DNA of 64,000 nucleotides from an uncultured Verrucomicrobiae bacterium (GTDB lineage: Bacteria > Verrucomicrobiota > Verrucomicrobiia > Chthoniobacterales > UBA10450): contig CAVWPA010000001.1 of the NCBI GenBank assembly GCA_963756875.1, forward strand, positions 1 to 64,000. Direction: 5' to 3'. The translations under genes were made by a program, and so were the position numbers. Of the stretch, positions 26,025 to 35,562 are shown piece after piece (position 1 is the first letter of the stretch; each line of letters starts with the position of its first letter). The notes under the pieces were generated by a model that was not told where the DNA came from, searched no databases, and worked only from the letters and a program-made list of their open reading frames with translations.

Positions 26025-27163
26025 ATGCGACCGCCGTCGTGTTTTCGCCTTTTGTTCGTCCTCAGCGCGCTGCTGCCCAGCGGAGGCTGCGGCCTTGCGG
26101 GCGGCAATTCGGCGGGCGAGGAGACTCGGCCGAGCGACCATGAGTTTTCGCTGTCGGGCCTGGCGAACGCGAAGCCGGTCGGTATCGCGTTCTCGTCCAA
26201 CGGCAAGACGCTGGCCATCGGCGGCGAGGGCTCGATGTGCCTGATCGATCTCGCGGACCTGTCGCATCACACGCTCAAGCTGGGCGGCGGTTTGGTCTAC
26301 CGGCTGGCGCTATTCCCCGGGGGCGATTGCGCGGTGGCCGTGCACCACTGCGACTCGTTCCTAGGTCAGCGGGGACTGTGGGTTGTCGACCTGGCGTCGG
26401 GCAGCGAGCGGCCGCTGTTCAACCAGGCCACCGAGCGCCCGGTGCCCAAGGACGATGCAGCTGCGGCGGAGCGCGTGGCCTATGAGAATGGACGTCGCCA
26501 CCAGTTGGTGACCGGCGGGCGCTGGCGGTGGCGGTATCGGCCGACGGGAAAACGGTGTTCACCACGAGCCCGCCTTACGGCGTGGTTGCCTGGGACGTGG
26601 CCACCGGCAGCTTCCGCACGTTCTGCGAACTCGCAGTTTTCGGCCCGCATCTCGCCCTTTCGCGGGACCAGCGGCTGTTGGTGGTCGTCGACGGCCGCAA
26701 AGTGCTGGTGCTCGACGCTGAAAGTGGAGCCAAGCGGAATCAGTACGAGTTCGACGACAGCCTGTTCGAACTCAAGGGCCCGCCGGCGTTCGTGGCCAAC
26801 GCTCCCGACCACTTGCGGCTGGTTTACGACACGCAGCTCTACGAATTGCCGCTGTTGGGCGGAGAGCCGGAGCTGCTGATCGACCTGCGCGACGAGACGG
26901 CGGCAACGGACTACGAAGCACACATCCATACGGCCCGTTTCGCGCGGCGACGGACGGCGGCTGGTCGTTACCCGGGGCGAACTGGGCGACCGTCACGAGG
27001 CCGTGGTCTGGGACGTCGACGAGGCGCACCCGATGCTGCGTGGACCTTGGCCCGGCCGAGTTAGACACCACGCTGCCGCCGCAGACGTTTCTTTCCCCCC
27101 ACGGCCGCCGAGCTTTTCGCCCTCAGCCTGCCTCGCGTGCGGGTGTGGGATCTAGAGGAGTGA
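26025..27163 (+). CDS. Exported beta-propeller (WD40-like) protein, possible lipoprotein, frameshifted
   Basis: Hydrophobic N-terminus with GGC; IAFSSNGKTLAIG, VSADGKTVF, AWDVATG, RVWDL. Confidence 0.65.
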
Positions 27164-27290
27164 GGGGGTGAGGGGACGGAGAGACGGGGAAACACATTCG
27201 CCGCGAGGCGACGCATCGACGGTCATTGCCCTTGGGTATTCTGGTCCTTGGATATTTCCCTGGTCATTGGTCATTCGGACTTGGTCATTC
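27161..27290. repeat. Right arms of the nested inverted-repeat pair
   Basis: TGAGGGGGTGAGGGGACGGAGAGACGGGGA then TGGTCATTGGTCATTCGGACTTGGTCATTC. Confidence 0.6.
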
Positions 27291-27327
27291 CCCCTTTGCC
27301 GTCGAACGCGACAGACAGCGCCGTCGT

Positions 27328-28000
27328 TCACGGCAACTCCACCTCATACACGTGCAGCGCGACGGGCGTGTCGCCATAGCCGCCGTAGGGGCCGCCGCCG
27401 AACCGCTCGTAAAGGTCCTGCCCGCGGAAGTCGTCGCTGAACTGGCCGTCGGCGGCGGTGAGCTGGCGGTCTTCGAAATGCACGCGCACGGTCGCGCCGG
27501 CCTTCAGCCCGGGCACGTGGATCACGACGTCCTTGAGTTCTTCGGGCGCTGGCCCAAGCTGATCGCCCCGCACGACGTGCTGCTCGCCGTCGGGCGAAGC
27601 GAGCGTCGTTCGCCCCCACTCCACCCGGCCGCCCGTGTGCAAAAAGCCGATGCCGTCGAGCAGCTTGTCGCCGGCGTCGATCTTCGCCAGGGGCAATTCG
27701 AGCCGCGCCCATTTGCCGGCCGCAGGAATCGGCCCCATCTCGGTCGCCGGGCCGGGCACATAGTCGAGGCAGCGGCCGGTCGACTTGTCGTCCCAGCCCA
27801 TGAAGCCCGAGGCGTGCCGGTAGAAGGCCCGCAGGAACCACGCGGCCTTGTCGAGATCGGCCCGGTAGCCGCCGGCCGCCGGTTTGCCCAGGCCGCCGCG
27901 TGCGTCCAGCGGCCGTCGCACTTGGCGAGGAGCGTCAGGCTGGTCGGCGCGGAATCGCTATCGAACCGCACCCACTGCACCAGACGCGTGTCGGCCGGCC
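27328..28000 (-). CDS. C-terminal fragment of a large hypothetical protein, truncated at the junction
   Basis: Strong high-GC3 coding signal (GKWARLELPLAKI...ALHVYEVELP*) that stops abruptly near 28,000. Confidence 0.65.
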
Positions 28001-28010
28001 AAGGTTCCCC
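27990..28010. other. Junction between two unrelated genomic segments
   Basis: Abrupt change in GC and codon usage, indel density, gene repertoire and repeat families; both flanking genes lack 5' ends. Confidence 0.85.
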
Positions 28011-28626
28011 AGATTTCGACCAGGTCTCCCCAGGTCTTTTCCTCTGGCACGATTACTCGGCCGCCGTTAAAGCCGATCTCTTTTCAACCGCCATCGTCAC
28101 CGCCTCCGGCGTCTGGCTCGTTGATCCCATTCCGCTCCCCGAAGAATCTCTCGTCGCCCTTGCCAAACTCGGGCCGGTTGCGGGCGTCGTGGTGACAAAT
28201 GGCAACCACCAGCGGGCGTCCGAGGATTACGCGCAAAAGTTCCAGGTGCCGATTTTCGCGCGCCGTGGCGTATTCCCCGCTGAAACCCGGTCCCCGGTGA
28301 TGGAAATTGAAGATGGAGCGAAGATCGGCAGCGTGCTTGAGGCGATTGCGATCGAAGGCGCCGCCGATGGGGAGATGGCGTTGTATAATCCGGCGCACGG
28401 CGGCACAGTCGTGGTTGGCGATGCCCTCATTCACTTTGATCCGTACGGGTTCGCCACGCTTCCCCGAAAATATTGCGCGAACGAAAAAGAAATGTGCCTC
28501 TCGTTGCGAAAGGTTGTTGACCGCAAAGCCGAACGGATGCTTTTCGCTCACGGCATGCCGATTCTTTCCGGCGCGACCGCGCGATTGCACGAGTTGTTGA
28601 ATGACGATCGCCGATCCGAAGCATGA
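28001..28626 (+). CDS. Metallo-beta-lactamase-fold protein, 5' end missing
   Basis: LVDPIP, VVTNGNHQR, VVGDAL, LFAHG motifs; no start codon before the junction. Confidence 0.75.
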
Positions 28627-29504
28627 ACGTGCAGGTTCATCGTGCTGAAACGGAGCGGCCGCTGCGCGGGCCACTGGCGCGTTTTTTCCACCTGATCCGT
28701 TTTTCTCACACCATCTTTGCGTTGCCGTTCGCGCTCGGAGCCCTCATTGTCGCGGCCCGCGGCCTGCCGTCGGTTCGGGTCCTGCTACTGGTTTTGATTT
28801 GCATGGTGTGCGCCCGCACGGCCGCCATGCTGTTTAATCGCCTCGTCGATTGGTCGCTCGATCAGCGCAATCCGCGCACGGTCTCGCGCCATTTGCTTCT
28901 TCCAAGATCGGCGGTGCTAATTTCCTGGATCGTGAGCTCGGCCCTGTTTTTCGCCGCGGCCGCAGCCATCAATCGCATGACTCTTATCCTCTCTCCGGCG
29001 GCGCTTGTTCTCATTTTCTTCTATTCGTTGACAAAACGTTTCACCGCATCAACGCACTTTTTTCTGGGCCTGGCGCTTGGGCTGGCGCCGATCGGTGCCT
29101 GGGTGGCACAAACCGGGCGGATCGATATTGCGCCATTGATTCTGGCGGCCGGAGTCATTTGCTGGGTCGCTGGTTTCGATCTGATTTATGCGACGCAGGA
29201 TTACGATTTTGACCGGCGGGAAGGAATTCATTCCATGGTTGTGAGTTTGGGTTTGCGACGCGCACTGCGTCTCGCGCAATTCCTGCATGCAATCATGCTC
29301 GTAGCGTTAATCGGCTTCGGCCTGGTCGCGCAGCTCGGCTACATTTACTTTTGGTCGATGCTGCTTGTGGCGGGAGCGCTGGCGTACGAACATCGAAGCG
29401 CGGGAGGGCTTGATCTGGCCGGGGTTAACCGGGCCTTTTTCCAGACCAACGCATTCGTCAGCGCGGTTTTTCTGGCGGCGGTTTGTATCGATCGGCTGGC
29501 CTGA
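28623..29504 (+). CDS. UbiA-family prenyltransferase (MqnP-like)
   Basis: SHTIFALPF, NRLVDWSLDQRNPRT, GFDLIYATQDYDFD. Confidence 0.9.
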   Translation: MNVQVHRAETERPLRGPLARFFHLIRFSHTIFALPFALGALIVAARGLPSVRVLLLVLICMVCARTAAMLFNRLVDWSLDQRNPRTVSRHLLLPRSAVLISWIVSSALFFAAAAAINRMTLILSPAALVLIFFYSLTKRFTASTHFFLGLALGLAPIGAWVAQTGRIDIAPLILAAGVICWVAGFDLIYATQDYDFDRREGIHSMVVSLGLRRALRLAQFLHAIMLVALIGFGLVAQLGYIYFWSMLLVAGALAYEHRSAGGLDLAGVNRAFFQTNAFVSAVFLAAVCIDRLA

Positions 29505-29553
29505 CTTCTGCAGACGCCGATCTTTGGGCAGCGCGGTGTCTGCAGCGGTGGGA

Positions 29554-29985
29554 TCACATCGCGTTCAGTTGTTCGACGCGTCTCGTGTGACGTCCGTTAT
29601 CGAACCCGGTCTCGAGCCAGATCCGAACGATCCGGAGCGCCAGGTCCTCGGGAATCATTCTTTCTCCGATTGAAAGCACGTTGGCGTCGTTGTGCTGGCG
29701 CGAAAGGCGCGCGGTCTCTTCGTTCCAACAAAGCGCGCAGCGCACGCCATGCACTTTGTTTGCCACCATCGCTTCCCCGTTGCCGGAGCCGCCGAAGACG
29801 ATCCCGCGATCGCACTCGCCACTCGCGACTGCTTCCGCCGCCGGACGAATGAAAAGCGGGTAATCCACCGGGTCTTCGCTGAACGTGCCGCAATCCTTTA
29901 CTTCGTGCCCTAGTTCGCCGAGCAACTGTTTCACTTTTTCCTTGTAGCGGAATCCGGCGTGATCGGAGCCAAGCGAAATTTTCAT
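29554..29985 (-). CDS. rpiB: Ribose-5-phosphate isomerase B
   Basis: GSDHAG, GGSGNGE, RQHNDANVL, GRHTRR. Confidence 0.95.
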   Translation of the reverse strand: MKISLGSDHAGFRYKEKVKQLLGELGHEVKDCGTFSEDPVDYPLFIRPAAEAVASGECDRGIVFGGSGNGEAMVANKVHGVRCALCWNEETARLSRQHNDANVLSIGERMIPEDLALRIVRIWLETGFDNGRHTRRVEQLNAM

Positions 29986-30028
29986 GAGCTGTTATTTTAA
30001 CCTCAATCGGCGATCGGTTGTCGAGCGG

Positions 30029-30160
30029 AACCAAGCTTCAAAAACCTCCAAGCACCAGGGAAGCTTCAAACATCAATCTTCAAATGCGAATTCGCCTTGT
30101 GGCTCTTGATGATTGGAGCTTGGAGTTTCCCTGGGGTTTGAAGGTTGGTGCCTGGTGCTT
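30029..30160. repeat. Heptamer-ladder hairpin element
   Basis: CCAAGCACCAGGGAAGCTTCAA left arm, TTGGAGTTTCCCTGGGGTTTG right arm; related copies at 38078 and 53790. Confidence 0.75.
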
Positions 30161-30164
30161 TTCA

Positions 30165-31118
30165 CTACCCGCCGTGCAGTTTTGCCAGTTCGCTCCAGAG
30201 CTCGCGTTCCCGCTGCGTCAATTTTTTCGGCACGTCCACCTGGGCCACAACATAAAGATCGCCGCGCTTGCCGGAAATTCCGGAAAGACCCCGGTCGCGC
30301 AAACGAAAGCGTTGCCCGCCTGCCGTGCCAGCCGGGATCTTCAAACGGACCGTTCCTTCGAGTGTCGGCACATTGATCTCCGTTCCCAAAACGGCCTGCC
30401 ACGGCGCGATTTTCACCTCGTGAATGAGATCGCTTCCCTGTACGGAAAAATCGGGGTGTCGTGCGAGGCGAACGCGCAAAAAGAGGTCGCCGCTTTTTCC
30501 GCCCCGGGCGCCGGCTTCGCCCTGGCCTGCTAAACGGATGCGCTGGCCCTCGTGAACGCCGCGGGGAATTTTTACCTGATAACTTTCGACTTTGTTCGAA
30601 CCGGCGCGACGCAACGAAACAGTCCTGGTCGATCCGTGCAATGCCTCCTCAAGCGTGACCATGATGTCCGCTTCGACATCGGCCCCGCGTTCTGCCGTTG
30701 CCCGCTGTCCTCCAAAGCCGGAAAACGCGGATCGTCCGCGGCCGCCACCGAAAAACGCTTCGAAGAAATCACTGAAGCCGGTTCCCCCAAATTCGAATTC
30801 GACTCCTCCGTTATCGCCGCCCCATTGATGGAATCCACCGCCGGGCTGTTGCCCGCCCCATTGCGGTGGTGGCTGAAATCCGCCCGGCTGGTTCCAGCCG
30901 GCGCCAAGCTCGTCGTATTTCTTCCGTTTCTCCGTATCGCCCAACACTTCGTAGGCTTCGTTGATTTCCTTGAATTTCTCTTCGGCCGCTTTTTTGTCCT
31001 TGGCGACGTCTGGATGATATTTGCGCGCCAGCTTGCGGAACGCGCTGCGGATTTCGTCGTCGCTCGCCGTTTTCGCCACACCGAGCGTTTCGTAATAATC
31101 TCTGAACTGCACCGGCAT
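30165..31118 (-). CDS. cbpA: DnaJ-class co-chaperone without Zn finger (CbpA-like)
   Basis: J domain with HPD, G/F-rich region, DnaJ C-terminal domain. Confidence 0.88.
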   Translation of the reverse strand: MPVQFRDYYETLGVAKTASDDEIRSAFRKLARKYHPDVAKDKKAAEEKFKEINEAYEVLGDTEKRKKYDELGAGWNQPGGFQPPPQWGGQQPGGGFHQWGGDNGGVEFEFGGTGFSDFFEAFFGGGRGRSAFSGFGGQRATAERGADVEADIMVTLEEALHGSTRTVSLRRAGSNKVESYQVKIPRGVHEGQRIRLAGQGEAGARGGKSGDLFLRVRLARHPDFSVQGSDLIHEVKIAPWQAVLGTEINVPTLEGTVRLKIPAGTAGGQRFRLRDRGLSGISGKRGDLYVVAQVDVPKKLTQRERELWSELAKLHGG

Positions 31119-31214
31119 TGTTCGAATCTCTTCGCACGAGGCGGACTGCGCAACTTCCTTAGGAGACTCCTACCATCATTTGCCTCCGGCGACTTGTCGA
31201 AGAAAGGTCAGGTC

Positions 31215-31436
31215 ATGCGGGAGATCGGCAAACTTCTGGTCATGATGGGCGCAATCGCCGTGCTCCTTGGCCTCATTTTGTGGACTGGATTCGCTCCCAA
31301 ATGGCTGGGGCGGCTGCCGGGCGACGTTCGAATCGAGCGCGGCCACTCGGTATTTTATTTTCCGATCGTTACCTGCATCATCATCAGTATCGTCTTGAGC
31401 GTGCTATTCTCGATTTTTTCGATCTTCCGCAGATAG
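31215..31436 (+). CDS. DUF2905-type small membrane protein
   Basis: WLGRLPGDVRIER...FYFPIVTCIIIS between two TM helices. Confidence 0.85.
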   Translation: MREIGKLLVMMGAIAVLLGLILWTGFAPKWLGRLPGDVRIERGHSVFYFPIVTCIIISIVLSVLFSIFSIFRR

Positions 31437-31463
31437 CGGCGGCTGTCCCGCAAGTTCGCTCTC

Positions 31464-32093
31464 ATGGCCAACACTTCGCGTCGCCGGGCTTTGCTCCGCA
31501 AACATGTCGCGCGCTTGCTTGAATGCCGGCGTTGTCCACAAATGAAATCGACGCCCGTGTCGGGTGGCGCGGTCGTGAGCAACGTGATGGTTATCGGACA
31601 GGCGCCCGGCCCGCGCGAACCGTTGTTGCGACGTCCATTTGCGCACACCGCAGGGAAGACGCTATTTCGCTGGTTCGAGGAGTTTTGCGGCATGAACGAA
31701 GCCGCGGTCCGATCGGCGATCTATTTCGCCGCAGTTTGCCGGTGTTTTCCCGGCAAAACTACGGCGGGTGGAGATCGCGTCCCGGCGCCAGACGAAATTC
31801 AAAATTGTTCGTCCTGGATGGATGGAGAGATCAAAATCCTTAAGCCGCGCCTTATCATTCCTGTTGGCCGATTGGCCATTGCCCAGTTTATCGATTGCAA
31901 AAAGCTGGAGGAAGTAATCGGCCGAAAATTTCATGTGAAACGCGCCGGGCACGCGTTCGATCTGATCCCGTTGCCGCATCCGTCCGGCGCATCGCCCTGG
32001 CACAAAATTCCGCCGGGAAAACAACTTCTGGAAAAGACCATGCGCAAAATCGCGCGTCATCCGGCGGTGCGCGGTCTTCGCAAAAAACGATGA
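31464..32093 (+). CDS. Uracil-DNA glycosylase superfamily protein
   Basis: GQAPG, CRCFPGK, PLPHPSG motifs. Confidence 0.88.
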   Translation: MANTSRRRALLRKHVARLLECRRCPQMKSTPVSGGAVVSNVMVIGQAPGPREPLLRRPFAHTAGKTLFRWFEEFCGMNEAAVRSAIYFAAVCRCFPGKTTAGGDRVPAPDEIQNCSSWMDGEIKILKPRLIIPVGRLAIAQFIDCKKLEEVIGRKFHVKRAGHAFDLIPLPHPSGASPWHKIPPGKQLLEKTMRKIARHPAVRGLRKKR

Positions 32094-32105
32094 GGCGTTC
32101 TGTGA

Positions 32106-32125
32106 AGCCCGAAAGCTTTCGGGGC
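32106..32125. repeat. Short palindrome family CCCGAAAGC(T/G)TTCGGG
   Basis: Related copies at 52214-52234 and 52770-52795. Confidence 0.6.
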
Positions 32126-32150
32126 TGACAGAGACGCGCTACAATGGTCG

Positions 32151-32939
32151 ATGCCTTCGCGCTTACGCGTAACGGTTTGGAACGAAAACGTTCACGAGCG
32201 AAAGAATCCCGTTATCGGAAAAATTTATCCCGACGGGATGCACGGTTGTATCGCCAAAGCGCTTAAGGATGAGTCTTCAGCAATCGAGGTCCGCACCGCA
32301 ACCCTGGACGAAGCGGAGCATGGCTTAACCGAAAAGGTTCTGGAAGAGACGGACGTCCTGACCTGGTGGGGCCACGTTGCGCACGGCCAGGTAGAAGACG
32401 CGGTTGTCGATCGCGTCCTGAAGCGAATCTGGGAGGGAATGGGCTTCGTCGCGCTGCACTCGGCGCATTACTCGAAAATTTTCAAGCGTCTCATGGGCAC
32501 GAGTTGCTCGCTCACCTGGCGCGAGGCAGGCGAAAGAGAACGCGTCTGGGTTTGCAATCCAGCGCACCCGATCGCGCGCGGGATCGATCGTTACTTCGAG
32601 ATCGAAAACACGGAAATGTATGGCGAGCCGTTTGCCGTTCCGGCACCGGACGAAATCGTCTTCATCTCGTGGTTTGAAGGTGGCGACGTTTTCCGGTCCG
32701 GATGCACGTGGAAACGCGGTAACGGCAAGATTTTTTATTTTTCTCCCGGCCACGAAATGTATCCGATCTATTTCAATCCCAGCGTGCAGCTCGTCTTGCG
32801 AAATGCCGTGCGCTGGGCCGCACCGGATTCCGAAAAGTGGATCGACAGTTGTCCGCAAATCCCCGCCGACAAAGCCGCCGAGCCGCTCACGGTCAAGGGT
32901 CAGCGCATGCACAAGGAAGGTGAGGAAGGATTTCGGTGA
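32151..32939 (+). CDS. thuA: ThuA-family (trehalose utilisation) protein
   Basis: [33 protein letters not shown]. Confidence 0.85.
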   Translation: MPSRLRVTVWNENVHERKNPVIGKIYPDGMHGCIAKALKDESSAIEVRTATLDEAEHGLTEKVLEETDVLTWWGHVAHGQVEDAVVDRVLKRIWEGMGFVALHSAHYSKIFKRLMGTSCSLTWREAGERERVWVCNPAHPIARGIDRYFEIENTEMYGEPFAVPAPDEIVFISWFEGGDVFRSGCTWKRGNGKIFYFSPGHEMYPIYFNPSVQLVLRNAVRWAAPDSEKWIDSCPQIPADKAAEPLTVKGQRMHKEGEEGFR

Positions 32940-32946
32940 AGTAAGA

Positions 32947-33070
32947 GAACGTCGAACGGTGCGAGCCGCACTGGCATTTAACGACCAACGCCGAATGCCG
33001 AATTCAGATGGCGCGCGGTGTAAGTCTGCTTAATTGGGCGTTGGACGTTCCGCGTTGGACGTTGGACGTT
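32947..33070. repeat. Heptamer-ladder hairpin (AACGTCC / GGACGTT type)
   Basis: GAACGTCGAACG...CAACGCCGAATGCCGAA versus GGGCGTTGGACGTT...GTTGGACGTTGGACGTT. Confidence 0.65.
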
Positions 33071-33075
33071 TGCTG

Positions 33076-34884
33076 ATGTCTTCAACTGTTCCAACGCGCG
33101 CTGAAGTTCCCGAATCGGACAAGTGGGATCTCACTCGTCTTTTTGCCAATGTGAGCAAATGGCAGGAGGACTTTTTGTGGGTCCAGCAGACGTATCCGAA
33201 AATCAAGGAGTGGAAGGGGAAGCTCGGCTCATCGGCGAAGGATCTTGCCGATTGTCTGGAATTCGAGAAGACCCTCGATTTGAAACTGGAGCGACTTTAT
33301 CACTTCGCCTCACTGCAACTGGCTGAGGACGGCGCAAACAACGAGTACTTGGCGCGGGCTGGAGAAATGCAAAATTTGCTGACGAAAATCGGTGAGGAAT
33401 TCGCCTTCGTCGTTCCAGCGATCCAGGCGATCGACGACGAGAAATTCGCCGGATTCATGGCCGACCCGACGCTCGCGGACTGGCGGATCCGGTTGCACAA
33501 GATTCGCCGGATGAAGCCGCATGTGCTTTCCGAACCGGAAGAACGAATCCTGGCGCTGGGCAGCGCGGCGCTCAGTGGTTACGACGATACGTTTTCACAG
33601 CTGACGGATGTGGACATGAAATTCGGTGTATTGACCGACGAATCGGGCCGCGAAAAACCGCTTACGCAAAGTTCGTTCAGTTCGTTCCTGGTTAAACGCG
33701 ATTCCGCGCTGCGCAAACGCGCGTTCCATCAATTTTATGCCGAGTTTCAGGACCACCAATACACACTGGCCGCATCGCTTGCTTACTCGGTGAAGGCCGA
33801 TGTTTTTCGTTCGCGCGCCAGAAACTATACCTCGGCGCTCGAGGCCGCGTTGTTTCCCGACAACGTGCCGGTCGCGGTTTATGACGGTCTGGTCGATTCT
33901 GTCCGCGCGAATTTGAAGCCGCTGTTTCGCTATTTCGAGCTGCGCCGGCGCGTCATGGGGCTGAAAGAGCTCCACCATTACGACACGTATGTTCCGCTGG
34001 TTGCCGAAATCGAAACGCGAATCTCGTTCGACGAGGCGGCGGAGAAAGTTGTTTCGGCGTTGCAGCCGCTCGGAAAAGAATATGTCGACGCTTTGGCGGA
34101 AGGTTTGCGCGGCCGCTGGTGCGATCGTTACGAAACGAAAGGCAAACGCAGCGGAGCGTTTTCCAGCGGCAGTTACGGCGCGCCGCCTTTTATCCTGATG
34201 AATTACAAGGAGGACGTTTTCTCCGACGTTTACACGCTGGCGCACGAAGCCGGTCACTCCATGCACACCTGGTTTGCGCAAAAGTCGCAAAAGTTTCAGG
34301 ACTACGATTACCCGATCTTTCTGGCCGAGGTGGCCTCGACCTTTAACGAAGAATTGCTCACGCATTTTCTTCTGGAGCAGACAAGCGACCCGAAAATGCG
34401 CGCCTATATTATTAACCGTCAGATCGACGACATTCGAGGCACTCTTTTTCGACAGACGATGTTTGCCGAGTTCGAAAGGGTTGTACATGCAATCGAGGAG
34501 AGCGACGCCGCGCTCACACTCCAGGTTTTCAAATCGGAGTATCACAAGCTGTTGACTGCGTATTTTGCCGAAAATTTCGTGCTCGATCCGCAGCTCGATC
34601 TGGAGTGCCTGCGCATCCCGCATTTTTACGGCGCGTTTTATGTTTATAAATATGCGACCGGAATTTCCGCCGCGGTCGCGCTGTCGGAACAGGTCCTTTC
34701 GGGCAAGCCCGGCAGCGTGGATGCCTATCTGAATTTTCTTTGCTCGGGCGGCTCGAGGTTTCCGCTGGAAACGTTGAAAGCGGCGGGCGTGGACATGACG
34801 ACTCCGGCGCCGATCGAAAGCACGCTACGCTTGTTCGAGAAGCGGCTGGGAGAGTTGGAAGGGCTGCTGCTCGCCGGGAAATAA
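33076..34884 (+). CDS. pepF: Oligoendopeptidase F (M3B)
   Basis: KWDL, GKRSGAFS, HEAGHSMH, AEVASTFNE, FYVYKYATG. Confidence 0.93.
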   Translation: MSSTVPTRAEVPESDKWDLTRLFANVSKWQEDFLWVQQTYPKIKEWKGKLGSSAKDLADCLEFEKTLDLKLERLYHFASLQLAEDGANNEYLARAGEMQNLLTKIGEEFAFVVPAIQAIDDEKFAGFMADPTLADWRIRLHKIRRMKPHVLSEPEERILALGSAALSGYDDTFSQLTDVDMKFGVLTDESGREKPLTQSSFSSFLVKRDSALRKRAFHQFYAEFQDHQYTLAASLAYSVKADVFRSRARNYTSALEAALFPDNVPVAVYDGLVDSVRANLKPLFRYFELRRRVMGLKELHHYDTYVPLVAEIETRISFDEAAEKVVSALQPLGKEYVDALAEGLRGRWCDRYETKGKRSGAFSSGSYGAPPFILMNYKEDVFSDVYTLAHEAGHSMHTWFAQKSQKFQDYDYPIFLAEVASTFNEELLTHFLLEQTSDPKMRAYIINRQIDDIRGTLFRQTMFAEFERVVHAIEESDAALTLQVFKSEYHKLLTAYFAENFVLDPQLDLECLRIPHFYGAFYVYKYATGISAAVALSEQVLSGKPGSVDAYLNFLCSGGSRFPLETLKAAGVDMTTPAPIESTLRLFEKRLGELEGLLLAGK

Positions 34885-34944
34885 TTGTAGGGCAGGCGCT
34901 TCGCCTGCCGGTACATCGCGGCAACCGGAGCGGTTGCCCTACAA
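34885..34944. repeat. GTAG REP doublet
   Basis: TTGTAGGGCAGGCGCTTCGCCTGCC ... GGCAACCGGAGCGGTTGCCCTACAA. Confidence 0.8.
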
Positions 34945-35033
34945 CGGGAAATTGGCTTTCGAGGCCCTCAGGATCGCGCCGCCCGGAAAGGCGGCGACTG
35001 CAGGTTGGCAAGCTCTGTGCTTGAGCAGTATTC

Positions 35034-35501
35034 GTGGATTTCCAATGGCAGTTACGCGCCGCGTGCGGTTATGCCGAACTGGGCATGACACGGGAATCGA
35101 TTGCCGAGTTGAACGCCATTGATTGTGGATATCAAAGCCGTCCGGAGGTGTTGCAACTGCGTCTGCACAACCTGATGCGGCGGAAAAGTTGGTGTCGCGC
35201 GCTGGTGATCAGTAAAAGACTTTGTCGGGTCGCCCCCCATTGCGGTGCCGGCTTCCTGCACGCCGGCTTCTGTTTGCACGCACTCGGTAAAACGGCCGAG
35301 GCAAGAGCGCTTCTGCTCAAGGGACCTGTGGCGCTGCGAAACGAGCCAATCTATTATTACAACATGGGCTGCTACGAAGCCCTTCTCGGCAACCCGAAGT
35401 CCGCGAAACGGCATTTGCTGACCAGTTTCAAGATGGACGCTTCCTTCCGCGAGATCGCGAGACGCGACCCCGATTTGGAATCTGTTCAGGAACTGATTTG
35501 A
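35034..35501 (+). CDS. TPR-like protein
   Basis: GYAELGM, AGFCLHALGKTAEA, YYNMGCYEALLG, ARRDPDL. Confidence 0.8.
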   Translation: MDFQWQLRAACGYAELGMTRESIAELNAIDCGYQSRPEVLQLRLHNLMRRKSWCRALVISKRLCRVAPHCGAGFLHAGFCLHALGKTAEARALLLKGPVALRNEPIYYYNMGCYEALLGNPKSAKRHLLTSFKMDASFREIARRDPDLESVQELI

Positions 35502-35554
35502 GGTAGGGAGATCGCGCTGCGATGTCCTGGACGCCGCAGCGCAGCGTCCCTACC
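35502..35554. repeat. GTAG REP doublet
   Basis: GGTAGGGAG...GGACGCCGCAGCGCAGCGTCCCTACC. Confidence 0.7.
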
Positions 35555-35562
35555 ATTACTCG

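Noticed and set aside
27226..28626. 466-aa ORF as a novel fusion protein
   Set aside because: Its first roughly 260 codons are the antisense shadow of the minus-strand gene; it reads through the chimeric junction into a real MBL-fold gene
30552..31214. N-terminal 220 aa of the 294-aa ORF
   Set aside because: Antisense to cbpA; only the last 73 codons form the DUF2905-type gene
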